A model generated the notes under the pieces. The model saw only the letters and a list, made by a program, of their open reading frames with translations. It had not been told where the DNA came from and did no database searches. A program made the position numbers and the translations under genes. A stretch of 64,000 bases of DNA from Candidatus Aminicenantes bacterium (GTDB lineage Bacteria > Acidobacteriota > Aminicenantia > S016-38). The stretch spans positions 346,706 through 410,705 of the forward strand of contig JAMOUJ010000006.1 of NCBI GenBank assembly GCA_027068075.1. The letters are read 5' to 3'. Of the stretch, positions 37,897 through 47,210 are shown piece by piece (positions within the stretch are counted from its first letter, which is position 1; each line of letters begins with the position of its first letter).

Positions 37897-38781
37897 TTGA
37901 TGTTAATTGTGAAAGAACTCAGCATTAAAACCAGTGCTTTCCATATAATTCGGCAGGTTTCCTTTAAAATTAACCAGGGAAGGGTGAAAGTGCTTTTGGG
38001 AGAATCCGGAGCCGGAAAATCAACCCTGGGACTTTTTCTTTCCGGAGTATTGAAGCCCGGGCTTTCCTGGGAGGGGGAGGTTTTTTATCATGGAGAAAAA
38101 ATCAACCCTTTGGGGGAGGACTGGAGGGGAAGAACCGCCGGGTTGATCCTCCAGGACCCTTATTCTTCCTTTGATCCCAGACAGAGGATTCTTTCAGCCC
38201 TGGTGGAACCGTTGATGGTCCATCTTTCCTTGTCCAGGGGTGAGGCGGAGGACCGGGCCCTTTACTGGCTTCGCCAGGTGGAATTTCCCCTGGAAAAAAG
38301 GTGGAGGTTTCCCCACGAATTGAGCGGTGGACTTCTCCAAAGGGCCGCCGTGGCCGCCGCCCTGATCCTGGAACCCGGCGTACTGATAGCCGACGAGCCC
38401 ACCTCAGCCCTGGATCCCCCCCTGCGGGCCGGGATAAGGGAACTTATTAAGAAATTTTCCCACAAAAGGCATGTGCTTTACATAACCCATTTCGTGGAGG
38501 ATGCCCTCTTCTTCGGCGAGGACTATCTGGTCCTTTACGGGGGACTGGTCATGGAAGAGGGCCCCCGGTTGCGTCACCCCTATTCAAAACTTCTCATGAC
38601 TTCGGTGGTAAAGCCGGGAAAGGAACTTCCAGAAGTTACTGGGTTTTCCCCTCACCCATCTTCCCTTCCCCCGGGATGCCCCTTCCGACCGCGCTGTGGC
38701 GAGGCTTCCGATAGGTGCTATGAACTTCCACCGTTAAAAAAAGCGGGCGAAAACTTGGTGAGGTGCTGGAATGTCCGTTGA
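37897..38781 (+). CDS. ABC transporter ATP-binding protein, OppD/DppD-like with C-terminal Cys-rich oligopeptide-ABC domain
   Basis: Walker A GESGAGKST, signature LSGGLLQR, Walker B LIADEP. C-terminal PGCPFRPRCGEASDRC. Confidence 0.8.
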   Translation: MMLIVKELSIKTSAFHIIRQVSFKINQGRVKVLLGESGAGKSTLGLFLSGVLKPGLSWEGEVFYHGEKINPLGEDWRGRTAGLILQDPYSSFDPRQRILSALVEPLMVHLSLSRGEAEDRALYWLRQVEFPLEKRWRFPHELSGGLLQRAAVAAALILEPGVLIADEPTSALDPPLRAGIRELIKKFSHKRHVLYITHFVEDALFFGEDYLVLYGGLVMEEGPRLRHPYSKLLMTSVVKPGKELPEVTGFSPHPSSLPPGCPFRPRCGEASDRCYELPPLKKAGENLVRCWNVR

Positions 38782-39610
38782 ACTGGTGAAGATAGAGAAA
38801 AAATTGGGGGAATTTCGGTTGAGGGATTTTAACTTGAGGGTGGAACGGGGGGAAACCCTGGGAGTGGTAGGCGGCTCGGGTTCCGGTAAAACCACCGTCT
38901 TCAAAATTCTCCTCCGCCTGCTCAGGCCGGATAGGGGAAGTTATTTTCTGGACGGCAGGGATGCCATGGCCCTTTCCAGGAGGGCCTTTTCCCGGAGGGT
39001 ACAAGGGGTTTTTCAAAACGCTTCCCGGGCCCTGGACCCCCGGAAGACCGTGGATTTCCTCCTCAGGGAGCCCTACCTCATCCACCGGGACCTGGAGCCC
39101 AGGGTGGAGGAACTCCTAAGGGAAGTTTCTCTGCCCCCCGAAATCCTAAGGTCCTATCCTCCGCAACTCAGCGGTGGACAACAGCAGAGGGTGGTTTTGG
39201 CCCGGGCTCTGGCCCTGGAGCCGGACTATCTGGTGGCCGACGAGCCCACCTCCGCCCTGGACCCCACGGTTCAGGTTCAAATTTTGAAATTGTTAAAGAA
39301 AATTCAGGCCAGGAGGAATATGGGCCTCGTTTTTATATCCCACGACATAAATCAGGTGCTTTACATGAGCCAGGGACTTCTGGTTATGCTATCGGGATTG
39401 ATCATGGAAAGCGGCGGCGTGGAGGAGGTTCTTAAAAAACCCTCCCCGTACACCCTTCATCTTCTGAACCCCCGGCCTTCCAGGGAAAGGGAAGGGGGAG
39501 CGTGTCCCTTTTACGGTCTTTGTCCTCTGGCAGGGCCTAAATGCCAGAAGGAAATCCCTCCCCTAAGAAGCCTGGGGGAAGGTCACCTGGTCCGTTGTCA
39601 CTATATGTGA
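38771..39610 (+). CDS. ABC transporter ATP-binding protein, OppF/DppF-like
   Basis: GGSGSGKTT, LSGGQQQRV, LVADEP. C-terminal GACPFYGLCPLAGPKC. Confidence 0.8.
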   Translation: MSVELVKIEKKLGEFRLRDFNLRVERGETLGVVGGSGSGKTTVFKILLRLLRPDRGSYFLDGRDAMALSRRAFSRRVQGVFQNASRALDPRKTVDFLLREPYLIHRDLEPRVEELLREVSLPPEILRSYPPQLSGGQQQRVVLARALALEPDYLVADEPTSALDPTVQVQILKLLKKIQARRNMGLVFISHDINQVLYMSQGLLVMLSGLIMESGGVEEVLKKPSPYTLHLLNPRPSREREGGACPFYGLCPLAGPKCQKEIPPLRSLGEGHLVRCHYM

Positions 39611-39850
39611 TTATTTCTTCGGTCCTATGCCCACGAATATGGGACCGGAGGATTTTTCGGCCACTTCGTTCAGTTCCTTTAGGATGGCCTCCAGGTCCCC
39701 GCCGTTTTCCGTAACCACTTCTTCCACCGTTCCCCACACCGGGTCTCCGCAGACCAGGGCCGGGATGGCGTGTTTGACGAAGACCTGAACCGTCTGAGGA
39801 TACTTGGTCACCACCTCCTCAATGAGCATGTCCTTGGTAATGAGAGCCAT
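39611..39850 (-). CDS. DUF1858-domain small protein (79 aa)
   Basis: MALITKDMLIEEVVTKYPQTVQVFVKHAIPALVCGDPVWGT.. resembles the N-terminus of the 578-aa protein at 9869..11605. Confidence 0.5.
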   Translation of the reverse strand: MALITKDMLIEEVVTKYPQTVQVFVKHAIPALVCGDPVWGTVEEVVTENGGDLEAILKELNEVAEKSSGPIFVGIGPKK

Positions 39851-39887
39851 TTTCTCCTCCTTCAGTTTCCTCTAAAATTATAGCAGA

Positions 39888-41741
39888 TTATGGGCAGAAC
39901 TCTAATTTTCCCTCCAGAACCCTCAGGGCTAAAAGTCTTCCCCCCAGAAAGGGCATGCCCACGGCGGGGGATACCAGGGTTTCCTCCCCCACCTTTCTTT
40001 TTCTCCTGCCGTTTACGAGGACCTTTCCCCAGCCCTTCACCGTTATGGGTCGGCGGGTTATGAAAACTATGGGGTCGTAATTCCCACCGAGGAAGCATCT
40101 TCCCCGTTTTCCCTCCCAGTTGTAGACTTTTACTGCGTATTTTCCCCCTTTGAGGGTGGTCTTCTTAGCCAGGGGAATTTGTGGCAGGACCAGGAAGGGG
40201 AGAAGGAGTACGATGAAAAAGGCCGTAAGGTAAACCTTCCTTTCTCTGCCGGTTTTTTCCATTTTCAAAACTGCAAGAAGCAGAAGGGCAAGCACCAGGG
40301 GGACCCAGAAATAATTGGGGAGCCAGGAGGAGGGCATGGCCCGGGGGTGTTTGGTGAAGGAGGGTAGAACGGAGGGAAGGTAAACCGCCGGGGTTGAAAG
40401 TTTGTGGAAGAGGAGTCCCACCCTGTTGGCTACATCGTGGGTGGTGGGGCCGTAGTAGGCCATGGGAAGAGAGGCCAGCAGGAAGGCAAGCCCCGAGGAG
40501 ACTCCCACCAAAAATTTAAATGTGAATTTTAAATTTCCGTTTCGGGTACGGTGGAGGAACAGGGCGTAGCCCACCGCCAGGGCCCACACCGCCGAGGTCA
40601 GCGGCCTGGCCGGAGGACAGTATCCTCCCCGGTGGGTCTGCCACCCGTAGTTGAAGACGAAGGGAAGAACCAGGAGGAGGGAGGTCAGGGCTATTTTCCT
40701 CCTCCAGAATCTTAACAGGGCCGCCAGGGAAAGGAGGGCCACGGGGGCGTAGGGTAGAAGCCCGTCCCTCTGGTCAAACAGGTAGTCCAGGAAGGTGGAG
40801 AATCTGTAGTGCCAGGGGATTCTGTAGAGGATGTCCTTCATCACCTCAAGTCTTCTACCCGGAGGAAGGGGGCCGTAGTAAACGGAAAGCAGGGAGAAGT
40901 TTCCGTAGTTGACCTTTAAAAAATAGAGGAAGGCCGATAAGGGAAGCAGAGCGGGGAGAAGGAAATAAGGGGATTTTTTCCTGAGGAAATAAAGGGAAAG
41001 CAGGAGGAGTACCAGGAGGTAAACGGCGTATTTGGCGCCGAACCACGGAAGGGCTCCTGCCATCAGTCCTGAAAGAATGAGAAGGCCTCTATTTTTCCTC
41101 CACAGGGAGAGAAGGCTCAGGGTGATAATCAGGGCCACGGGTATTTCCGGGAAGATGTGAAAAAAATAGGGGAAGGCCGGTGCGGTGAAGGCTATCAGGG
41201 CCGTGGCGTAAAGGGAAACCTCTTCGGAAAATTCCTCCCTGAGAAACAGATAGAGTATGTACAAGAATATGAGGCCGTATAGGGAAAAACCCAGCCTCAG
41301 CACGATTTTTTTCCCCGGGGGGGCCAGTGGCCTGGAGAGGGCGTAAAAGGGAATCATTAGAACCGAGGTTCCCGGCAGGTGTATGGAAAGCCAGGTTCTG
41401 GCGCTTACCGGCCTGGCGTGGGGAAGGATTCTCACCTTCTTCCGCTGATAAAATTCCTTCCACTGTCCCTGGAGGTATTGATTTTTCACATTCAGATCCC
41501 CGTCGTATACCAGGGATTTGGTTATGAGAAGGTAGTGGGGCTCGTCTCCGCTGGGCCCCAGGTTCTGCATTTTGAACACGGAATAAACGGTGAACAGCAG
41601 GGATAGGAGCAGAACATGCCATATTTTCAATTTGACCCTGTCCCTCCGGAGCCACAGCCAGGACCAGATCCATAGGAAAAAGACCAGCCTGGCCAAATGG
41701 TTCAATGGGGCGTAGGGGAACAGGATTTGACCCATTGCCAC
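39888..41741 (-). CDS. GT-C-fold membrane glycosyltransferase (ArnT/PMT-like)
   Basis: About 13 TM. First periplasmic loop PSGDEPHYLLITKSL resembles the DE(x)RY(A)E motif of the ArnT/PMT families. Confidence 0.5.
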   Translation of the reverse strand: MAMGQILFPYAPLNHLARLVFFLWIWSWLWLRRDRVKLKIWHVLLLSLLFTVYSVFKMQNLGPSGDEPHYLLITKSLVYDGDLNVKNQYLQGQWKEFYQRKKVRILPHARPVSARTWLSIHLPGTSVLMIPFYALSRPLAPPGKKIVLRLGFSLYGLIFLYILYLFLREEFSEEVSLYATALIAFTAPAFPYFFHIFPEIPVALIITLSLLSLWRKNRGLLILSGLMAGALPWFGAKYAVYLLVLLLLSLYFLRKKSPYFLLPALLPLSAFLYFLKVNYGNFSLLSVYYGPLPPGRRLEVMKDILYRIPWHYRFSTFLDYLFDQRDGLLPYAPVALLSLAALLRFWRRKIALTSLLLVLPFVFNYGWQTHRGGYCPPARPLTSAVWALAVGYALFLHRTRNGNLKFTFKFLVGVSSGLAFLLASLPMAYYGPTTHDVANRVGLLFHKLSTPAVYLPSVLPSFTKHPRAMPSSWLPNYFWVPLVLALLLLAVLKMEKTGRERKVYLTAFFIVLLLPFLVLPQIPLAKKTTLKGGKYAVKVYNWEGKRGRCFLGGNYDPIVFITRRPITVKGWGKVLVNGRRKRKVGEETLVSPAVGMPFLGGRLLALRVLEGKLEFCP

Positions 41742-41764
41742 CGCGGCGGAAGAAATCAGGAAAA

Positions 41765-43804
41765 CTACCCCATGAGGACCTCTATTTCCTTAAGTCTTTT
41801 CAACTTATCCCTGTAGTGGGCCGCCAGTTCAAAATCCATCCGTTGGGCCGCCTCCAGCATTTTTTTCTCCAGTTCTTCCATCATCCGTTTCCTTTCCTCC
41901 GAGGTGATGTATTCCTCGGCGTTTTCCGCCACCCTTTCCGCCTCAAAATAATCGGAGGCGCTCATCTGGTAGGCGATGTCCTTTTTTACGGTCCTGGGCG
42001 TTATCCCGTGTATTCTGTTGTATTCCTCCTGGACCTTCCTCCTTCTGGAGGTTTCCTCCACCGCTTCCTTCATGGCGGAGGTCATTCTGTCCGCATACAT
42101 TATAACCCTGCCCCGAGCATTTCTGGCGGCCCTTCCGAAGGTCTGAATAAGGGCCGTGGTGGAGCGGAGGAAGCCCTCCCTGTCGGCGTCAAATATGACC
42201 ACCAGGGAGACCTCGGGAAGGTCAAGTCCCTCCCTCAGCAAGTTTATCCCCACCAGAACATCAAATTCCCCCTGGCGAAGGGCCTTTATGATCTTTATCC
42301 TTTCCAGAGTGTCTATGTCCGAGTGAAGGTACTTGGCCTTTATTCCCACGGAGAGAAGGAAGGAAGTGAGTTCTTCCGCCAGCCTTTTGGTGAGGGTGGT
42401 TACCAGAATCCGGTCCCCCATCTCCACCCTCTTCTTTACTTCACCTATGAAGTCCTCTATCTGTCCCCGGGTGGGCCTTATCTCCACCTGGGGATCCAGA
42501 AGTCCCGTGGGTCTGACCAATTGTTCCACCACCGCATCCCCCGCTTTCTGAAGTTCGTAGGGACCCGGGGTGGCGGAGACATAGAGAACCTGGCCCACCC
42601 TGGCCTCCCATTCTTCAAACTTCAGGGGTCTGTTGTCCAGGGCGGAGGGAAGGCGAAATCCGTGTTCCACCAGTTTCAATTTCCTGGAGCGGTCCCCTTC
42701 GTACATGGCCCTCAGTTGTGGGATGGTCATGTGGCTTTCGTCTACTATTATGAGGGTGTCGTCCGGTATGTAGTCCATCAATGTGAAGGGGGGTTGTCCC
42801 GGGAGTCTCCCGCTGAGGTGCCTGGAGTAGTTTTCAATGCCAGGGCAGTGGCCCGTTTCCCTGAGAAGGAGCAGGTCGTAGCGGGTCCTCCTTTCTAACC
42901 TTTCCGCCTCCAGTAGTTTTCCCCGGGAGACCAATTCCTTTAGCCTTTCCTCCAGTTCCTTTTCTATGGATTTTATGGCTTTTTCCAGCCTATCCCTTGG
43001 GGTTACAAAGTAGGTGGGGGGATAAACGGTGGCGTATTTGCGCTGGCTGAGAACCCTCCCGGAGAGGGGGTCAATTTCAAATATGGCGTCCACCTCCCTG
43101 CCGAAGAACTCTATCCTGTAGCCCGTCTCTTCGTACGGTGGAAAAATCTCCAGTTGATCTCCCCTTAACCTGAATTTTCCCGGTTCTGGAAGTTCCGAGC
43201 GGGAGTATTGTATCTCCACCAGTTTTTCCGCCACATCCGCAGGATTGAGAATTTCCCCCTGATGAATCCTGAAGGCCAGACCGAAGTAAACATCTGGATC
43301 ACCCATACCGTAAATACATGAGACCGAGGCCACCACTATCACATCCCTCCGCTCGTGGAGGGAACGGGTGGCCCTCAGGCGGAATTTATCCAGTTCCTGG
43401 TTGATGGTGGCTTCCTTGGCGATGTAGGTGTCGGTCTGGGGTATGTAGGCTTCGGGTTGATAGTAATCGTAGTAACTGACGAAGTACTCCACGGCGTTCC
43501 CTGGGAAGAACCTCCGGAATTCCTGGTAGAGTTGGGCCGCCAGGGTTTTGTTGTGGGAAATCACCAGGACAGGCCTTTGAAGTCTCTCTATGACATTGGC
43601 CATGGTGAAGGTTTTGCCCGAGCCGGTAACCCCCAGAAGGACCACATGCCGGCGTCCCCCCTGGAGGTAGTCCACTATTTTCTCTATCGCCCGGGGTTGG
43701 TCCCCGGTGGGTTTGTAGGGAGCCTTCAGTTGAAACCTATTCCAGTTTGATGGGCTGGAATAGGGTGAGGAAGTTTGCCCTGCCATATCCCATGTAGTAG
43801 TCAA
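41765..43804 (-). CDS. uvrB: Excinuclease ABC subunit B
   Basis: Walker A GVTGSGKTFT, helicase motifs, beta-hairpin region and C-terminal UVR domain (MDFELAAHYRDKLKRLKE). The true start is probably Met7 (MAGQ...). Confidence 0.95.
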   Translation of the reverse strand: MTTTWDMAGQTSSPYSSPSNWNRFQLKAPYKPTGDQPRAIEKIVDYLQGGRRHVVLLGVTGSGKTFTMANVIERLQRPVLVISHNKTLAAQLYQEFRRFFPGNAVEYFVSYYDYYQPEAYIPQTDTYIAKEATINQELDKFRLRATRSLHERRDVIVVASVSCIYGMGDPDVYFGLAFRIHQGEILNPADVAEKLVEIQYSRSELPEPGKFRLRGDQLEIFPPYEETGYRIEFFGREVDAIFEIDPLSGRVLSQRKYATVYPPTYFVTPRDRLEKAIKSIEKELEERLKELVSRGKLLEAERLERRTRYDLLLLRETGHCPGIENYSRHLSGRLPGQPPFTLMDYIPDDTLIIVDESHMTIPQLRAMYEGDRSRKLKLVEHGFRLPSALDNRPLKFEEWEARVGQVLYVSATPGPYELQKAGDAVVEQLVRPTGLLDPQVEIRPTRGQIEDFIGEVKKRVEMGDRILVTTLTKRLAEELTSFLLSVGIKAKYLHSDIDTLERIKIIKALRQGEFDVLVGINLLREGLDLPEVSLVVIFDADREGFLRSTTALIQTFGRAARNARGRVIMYADRMTSAMKEAVEETSRRRKVQEEYNRIHGITPRTVKKDIAYQMSASDYFEAERVAENAEEYITSEERKRMMEELEKKMLEAAQRMDFELAAHYRDKLKRLKEIEVLMG

Positions 43805-44966
43805 ACCCCGGGAGACTTTCTCCGTTTACATCGTCGGTGGTGTAGATGAGGGCCTTTCTAACCTGGTCGGGGGTGAGGTTGGGCTTCAGGCTCAGAAGGA
43901 GGGCGGCGGCACCGCTTATTATAGGAGCCGCAAAGGAAGTACCGTCTCCCACGGCGTATCCACCGGGATAGGTGGAGAGTATGCTTACCCCGGGAGCCAC
44001 CAGGTCCAGGTGGGGACCGAAGTTGGAGAACCAGGCCTTTTTGTCTTCCGGATCGCTGGCCCCCACGGAAATGCAGAGGGGAGAATAGGCCGCTGGATAC
44101 AGAAGGGCTCCGGCGTCGTTCCCGGAGGCGGCCACCAGGACCACATTGTTGTCGGCGGCCCTCTTTACCGCTTCCTCCAAAACCAGCGAGGGTTTATAGC
44201 CTCCCCCGGAGAGGTTTATAACTTTAACCCCCCGTTCCACGGCGTATTCTATCCCGTCGGCGATCTCCGAGTATGTTCCCAGGCCGTGGGCGTCAAATAT
44301 CTTTATGGCCATTATCTTGCATTTCCAGCAGATCCCGGCCATTCCCTTGCCGTTGTTGGTCTTGGCTCCGATGATTCCGGCCACCATGGTGCCGTGTCCG
44401 TGATCGTCCCTGGGATCTTCGTCGCTGTTTATGAAATCGTAGCCTTTGATGACCTTGCCCTTCAGGTCAGGGTGATTGTAGGCCACCCCGGTATCCACCA
44501 CCGCCACCACCACATCTTCGGAGCCAGTGGTGTACTTCCATGCGTAGGTGGCTTTGACATCGGCACCCCTCTTAAATCCTTCCTTGCCTCCGGGATTTTT
44601 CAAGTACCACTGGTCGGCAAAATAGGCGTCGTCGGGGATTACTTCTTCGTCCTCGTCGGCTATTCTGGCCGGGTAATCGGGTTCGGCCCAGAGCACCCGG
44701 GAATCGGAGGCCAGAACCTGAAGGAGGTCCTTCTGACCTTTGGCCTGAAAGACCACCCATCCCTTCATCAGGAGTTTCTTCACCGGCTTTATTCCGTAGT
44801 CCCTGGTGAGGCCCCTGATGTCCGCCTGGGGATGGAGTTTCACCAGAATCCTGGCGGAACCCTGCTTAAAGGTGGGATTAAAGTCCGGCTCCCGGTCCTT
44901 CTTTATGGCTCCCACCAGAAGAAAACTCACCCCCATGAGGGCTATTATTATGTGTTTTTTCCTCAT
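43737..44966 (-). CDS. Secreted subtilisin-like serine protease (S8)
   Basis: Signal peptide. Asp (VAVVDTGV), His (HGTMVAGIIGA) and Ser (GTSFAAPIISGAAALL) triad motifs. Confidence 0.85.
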   Translation of the reverse strand: MRKKHIIIALMGVSFLLVGAIKKDREPDFNPTFKQGSARILVKLHPQADIRGLTRDYGIKPVKKLLMKGWVVFQAKGQKDLLQVLASDSRVLWAEPDYPARIADEDEEVIPDDAYFADQWYLKNPGGKEGFKRGADVKATYAWKYTTGSEDVVVAVVDTGVAYNHPDLKGKVIKGYDFINSDEDPRDDHGHGTMVAGIIGAKTNNGKGMAGICWKCKIMAIKIFDAHGLGTYSEIADGIEYAVERGVKVINLSGGGYKPSLVLEEAVKRAADNNVVLVAASGNDAGALLYPAAYSPLCISVGASDPEDKKAWFSNFGPHLDLVAPGVSILSTYPGGYAVGDGTSFAAPIISGAAALLLSLKPNLTPDQVRKALIYTTDDVNGESLPGFDYYMGYGRANFLTLFQPIKLE

Positions 44967-44977
44967 TTCCTACCTCC

Positions 44978-45715
44978 TTAGAATGTAAACCCAACTTCCC
45001 CGTGGAAACTTAGGCCGTTTATGAAACCCACGGAAACCCCTCCGCTGAGGTGTTCTCCGCTGTAGAAATTGATGCCCAGCAAAATCTCCATCGGAATCCT
45101 CGGCCGAATTTTCTCGTCGCTCTGTCCTTCAAGGTCCTGAAATTTTTCGGTGAACTTGACGCTTCCCCAGAAGTAGTCAAAGTAAAGGCCGATGTAGGGT
45201 TCTATGTTTTCCTGGCCCTCGTACATGGCCAGAACTCCCAGCCTGAAGTCCCAGAAGTGAACCTTCCCTTCCACCGAACCGGTTAAGTAGTCGGAGCGTT
45301 CCACCCCCCACCGGTGGGAGGAAAGGTTGTAGGATATTTCCGGGTTCAAGACCAGGGAAACCTCGTCGGAAAAAACATAGGGTTCCCAATATGCCCCTGC
45401 ATACACGGAATAACTGGGCTTGGAGTAGGTGGTGGATACGGAAATGGGCAAGGAGGTGAAGGTGAGTTCCTCCCCGAAGGAAGTTTTACCGTACATGATT
45501 CCGAAGTAGAATTCGGTGAATTCGTTGATCAGCACCGAATTTTTAAGCCCCACCAATGTAAGGTTTAGAGAGGTTTCCTTTTCTCCTATTTTTGCTTTTA
45601 AACTCCTGTAACTTCCCCTGAGGCTCAGGGTGTATTCCAGGCCTTCCCCGGCCACTAAGAAGATTGAGAGGAGTAAAAACAAAATCGCTTTTTTCATTTC
45701 TCCTCCTTTTCGCAA
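44978..45715 (-). CDS. Outer-membrane beta-barrel protein
   Basis: Signal peptide. Alternating amphipathic strands. C-terminal ...GEVGFTF with terminal Phe. Confidence 0.5.
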   Translation of the reverse strand: MRKGGEMKKAILFLLLSIFLVAGEGLEYTLSLRGSYRSLKAKIGEKETSLNLTLVGLKNSVLINEFTEFYFGIMYGKTSFGEELTFTSLPISVSTTYSKPSYSVYAGAYWEPYVFSDEVSLVLNPEISYNLSSHRWGVERSDYLTGSVEGKVHFWDFRLGVLAMYEGQENIEPYIGLYFDYFWGSVKFTEKFQDLEGQSDEKIRPRIPMEILLGINFYSGEHLSGGVSVGFINGLSFHGEVGFTF

Positions 45716-46368
45716 TTAATTTTTGCTTCCCAGATTTTCCTCCAGTTTCCCTCCCATGTGTATAGTTTACACTTTATTTCGTTCCGGGAAACTTCCATGT
45801 TCCATTGGGCTTTTCCGCTGCCCTTTAGAGTGAAAATTCTGGTAATTTTACGGCCCTCCTCTTCCATTATAAGCATGAGCCTGGCCTTGTCAACCAGGGA
45901 ATACGAAGCCTCTATGAGGAGTTTTCCAGCCCTGCAGGAATATCTTTCCACCTCTATTTTCCCCGATTTGTGGGGCAGGGGTTTCATCTTTCCAGGTATT
46001 ATTCCCATGGCCAATCCGTAAAACCTAAAAACCCTGCCCTCCAGGGGGTAAACCCTCCACCTATCGGGAAAGTCCTCTTCCCTTCCCGCAAGGAATTTAA
46101 CCACCTCCTCCCTGTCCACCGTAATCTGGAGGACGGGGATCCTGAACTTCCTCAGAACCAGAGAAAACTTTTCCCCGTAGGGATATGTAAAAGCCAGGGA
46201 GGAAAGGAGAACCGAGGCCCGGGGCACCAGGTCGCCCCTTTTCCATTCCCCTGCCTCGCAACTCAGCACCACCTCTTTCTTTAATGCGAATATCCTGGGT
46301 TGCTGGCATCCGTAGTTGAGGAGGACCTGGTGGAATTCCATCAAAAGGGCGAGGATCACACCGCTCAC
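45694..46368 (-). CDS. Hypothetical protein (224 aa)
   Basis: ORF in an operon context with stop/start overlaps on both sides. I recognise no family. Confidence 0.35.
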   Translation of the reverse strand: MSGVILALLMEFHQVLLNYGCQQPRIFALKKEVVLSCEAGEWKRGDLVPRASVLLSSLAFTYPYGEKFSLVLRKFRIPVLQITVDREEVVKFLAGREEDFPDRWRVYPLEGRVFRFYGLAMGIIPGKMKPLPHKSGKIEVERYSCRAGKLLIEASYSLVDKARLMLIMEEEGRKITRIFTLKGSGKAQWNMEVSRNEIKCKLYTWEGNWRKIWEAKINCEKEEK

Positions 46369-47210
46369 TGGAAAAACCTCCGGTAAATCATTTCAAAGGC
46401 CTCCTTCATTTCCGGGGATGAGGTGAAGGGGGAAGAAAACTCCACCCTTGCCTGGGAATCGGCCCTGGTGAAGGCTTCACCCGGGGAGAGTCCCCTCTTT
46501 CTCAACAGAAGATATCGGTATAACCTGATTCCTATGGGCTTGAAGTCCCTTATGTCCACGGCGTCCCAGCCGAGATACCTGTATATCCCCGGCAGGGAGG
46601 GTTCGCTCTCATCGGCGGAAAGGCAGAACAGTCCCGTTTTTTCTGGGGCGTTTATCATGTAAAGGATCAACCTGTAGATAAAGTGGGCTTCTCCTGGGTC
46701 CTGGTTTATTCTGAAGGGGGGCACCTTCCTCAATTTTTCGTCCTCCCACCACCGGAGCCACAGGTATTTGTCCGGGAAGGGTTTTCTGGCCCTGGCCTCC
46801 ACATCGGAAAGGGTAAAAACCCCCGCATCGTAAAAGAGTTTCATTCCGTGTTTTCCCTCCCCGATGAGGTTTTGTTTTTTCACCCACCTTTTACACCGGT
46901 TTTCGTCCAGGGTGGGCTTATTCCTTTTTACCGGGCAGGAGGAAAAGAGGAGTTTCCAGGTCCCCGGTCCCTTGAGGAGGAAAAAATACCTTCCCTCCCT
47001 CAGGTAAATTTCCTTTTTCCCCGATTCCAGAAGAACCTTCCCCGAGGAATTCACCAAAAGATAGTCCTCCGCCTGGACCTCGGCGTAGATTTTTCCGGGA
47101 AACTCCAGGGCGAAGGAGTAAACCTGAACCCATCCCTTTCTTTCGGTATTGCCCTGGGATATCAAATACGGCCTGGAGCAGAGCAGGGATAGGATCAGTA
47201 GAAGGGTCAT
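46365..47210 (-). CDS. Hypothetical exported protein (281 aa)
   Basis: N-terminal signal-like segment MTLLLILSLLCSRP. Overlapping coupling to the S9 peptidase gene. Confidence 0.35.
   Translation of the reverse strand: MTLLLILSLLCSRPYLISQGNTERKGWVQVYSFALEFPGKIYAEVQAEDYLLVNSSGKVLLESGKKEIYLREGRYFFLLKGPGTWKLLFSSCPVKRNKPTLDENRCKRWVKKQNLIGEGKHGMKLFYDAGVFTLSDVEARARKPFPDKYLWLRWWEDEKLRKVPPFRINQDPGEAHFIYRLILYMINAPEKTGLFCLSADESEPSLPGIYRYLGWDAVDIRDFKPIGIRLYRYLLLRKRGLSPGEAFTRADSQARVEFSSPFTSSPEMKEAFEMIYRRFFQ

Noticed and set aside
43737-43804. 68-nt overlap between the subtilase 3' end and the uvrB 5' end as evidence of a mis-call
   Set aside because: The uvrB start probably lies at the internal Met (MAGQ..., about 43786), which shortens the overlap. 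Both genes have unambiguous family motifs, so I kept both.
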